A program made the translations under genes and the position numbers. A stretch of 32,000 nt of DNA from an uncultured Candidatus Bathyarchaeia archaeon. GTDB lineage: Archaea; Thermoproteota; Bathyarchaeia; 40CM-2-53-6. The stretch lies in assembly GCA_964533505.1 (NCBI GenBank), contig CAZHKA010000023.1:1-32000 (forward strand), given 5' to 3'. Each line of letters starts with the position of its first letter. Position 1 is the first letter of the stretch. Shown piece by piece: positions 31,985 to 32,000 of this stretch. The notes under the pieces are model-generated. The model saw only the letters and a program-made list of their open reading frames with translations. It ran no database searches and had not been told where the DNA came from.

Positions 31985-32000
31985 CCATCTTTACCTCCTG

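Overview
Archaeal chromosomal segment. Evidence: ribosomal protein S8e, SRP19, ADP-forming acetyl-CoA synthetase, GGAGGT-type ribosome-binding sites and a multi-intron tRNA. The exact lineage cannot be called from sequence alone. The window has three parts. (1) 1-14.1 kb is core metabolism: a CBS-domain protein, ACD alpha subunit, two AbrB-PhoU paralogs, hypA/hypB/hypC plus a HypC-domain fusion protein, a four-subunit 2-oxoacid:ferredoxin oxidoreductase operon (delta-alpha-beta-gamma), a class I/II aminotransferase and a GNAT acetyltransferase. (2) 14.1-28.3 kb is an accessory region. It starts at a 14-nt copy of the tRNA-Asn 3' end and ends at an intact tRNA-Asn(GUU) gene that appears to carry three introns, so it may be a decayed tRNA-integrated island. 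It holds an 11-repeat CRISPR array with only an adaptation cassette (unknown 250-aa gene, cas1, cas2, cas4, then leader) and no effector genes in the window. It also holds secreted proteins, two of them with PEP-CTERM-like C-terminal sorting signals, several broken peptidase genes, and many unannotated small ORFs. These include a four-member family of about 26-32 aa basic peptides (MAKKRKxKMKL...), two of which sit in a duplicated ~320-bp promoter/sORF/structured-3'-region module. (3) 28.3-32 kb is core again: moeA, srp19, rps8e, scpB, scpA. Caveat: several genes show frameshifts or lack a canonical start codon (cas1 5' end, S66 peptidase, MFS remnant, ACD alpha, one PEP-CTERM-like paralog). 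I cannot tell real gene decay or non-canonical initiation from assembly errors without reads. All calls rest on manual translation and motif recognition; no database search was run.
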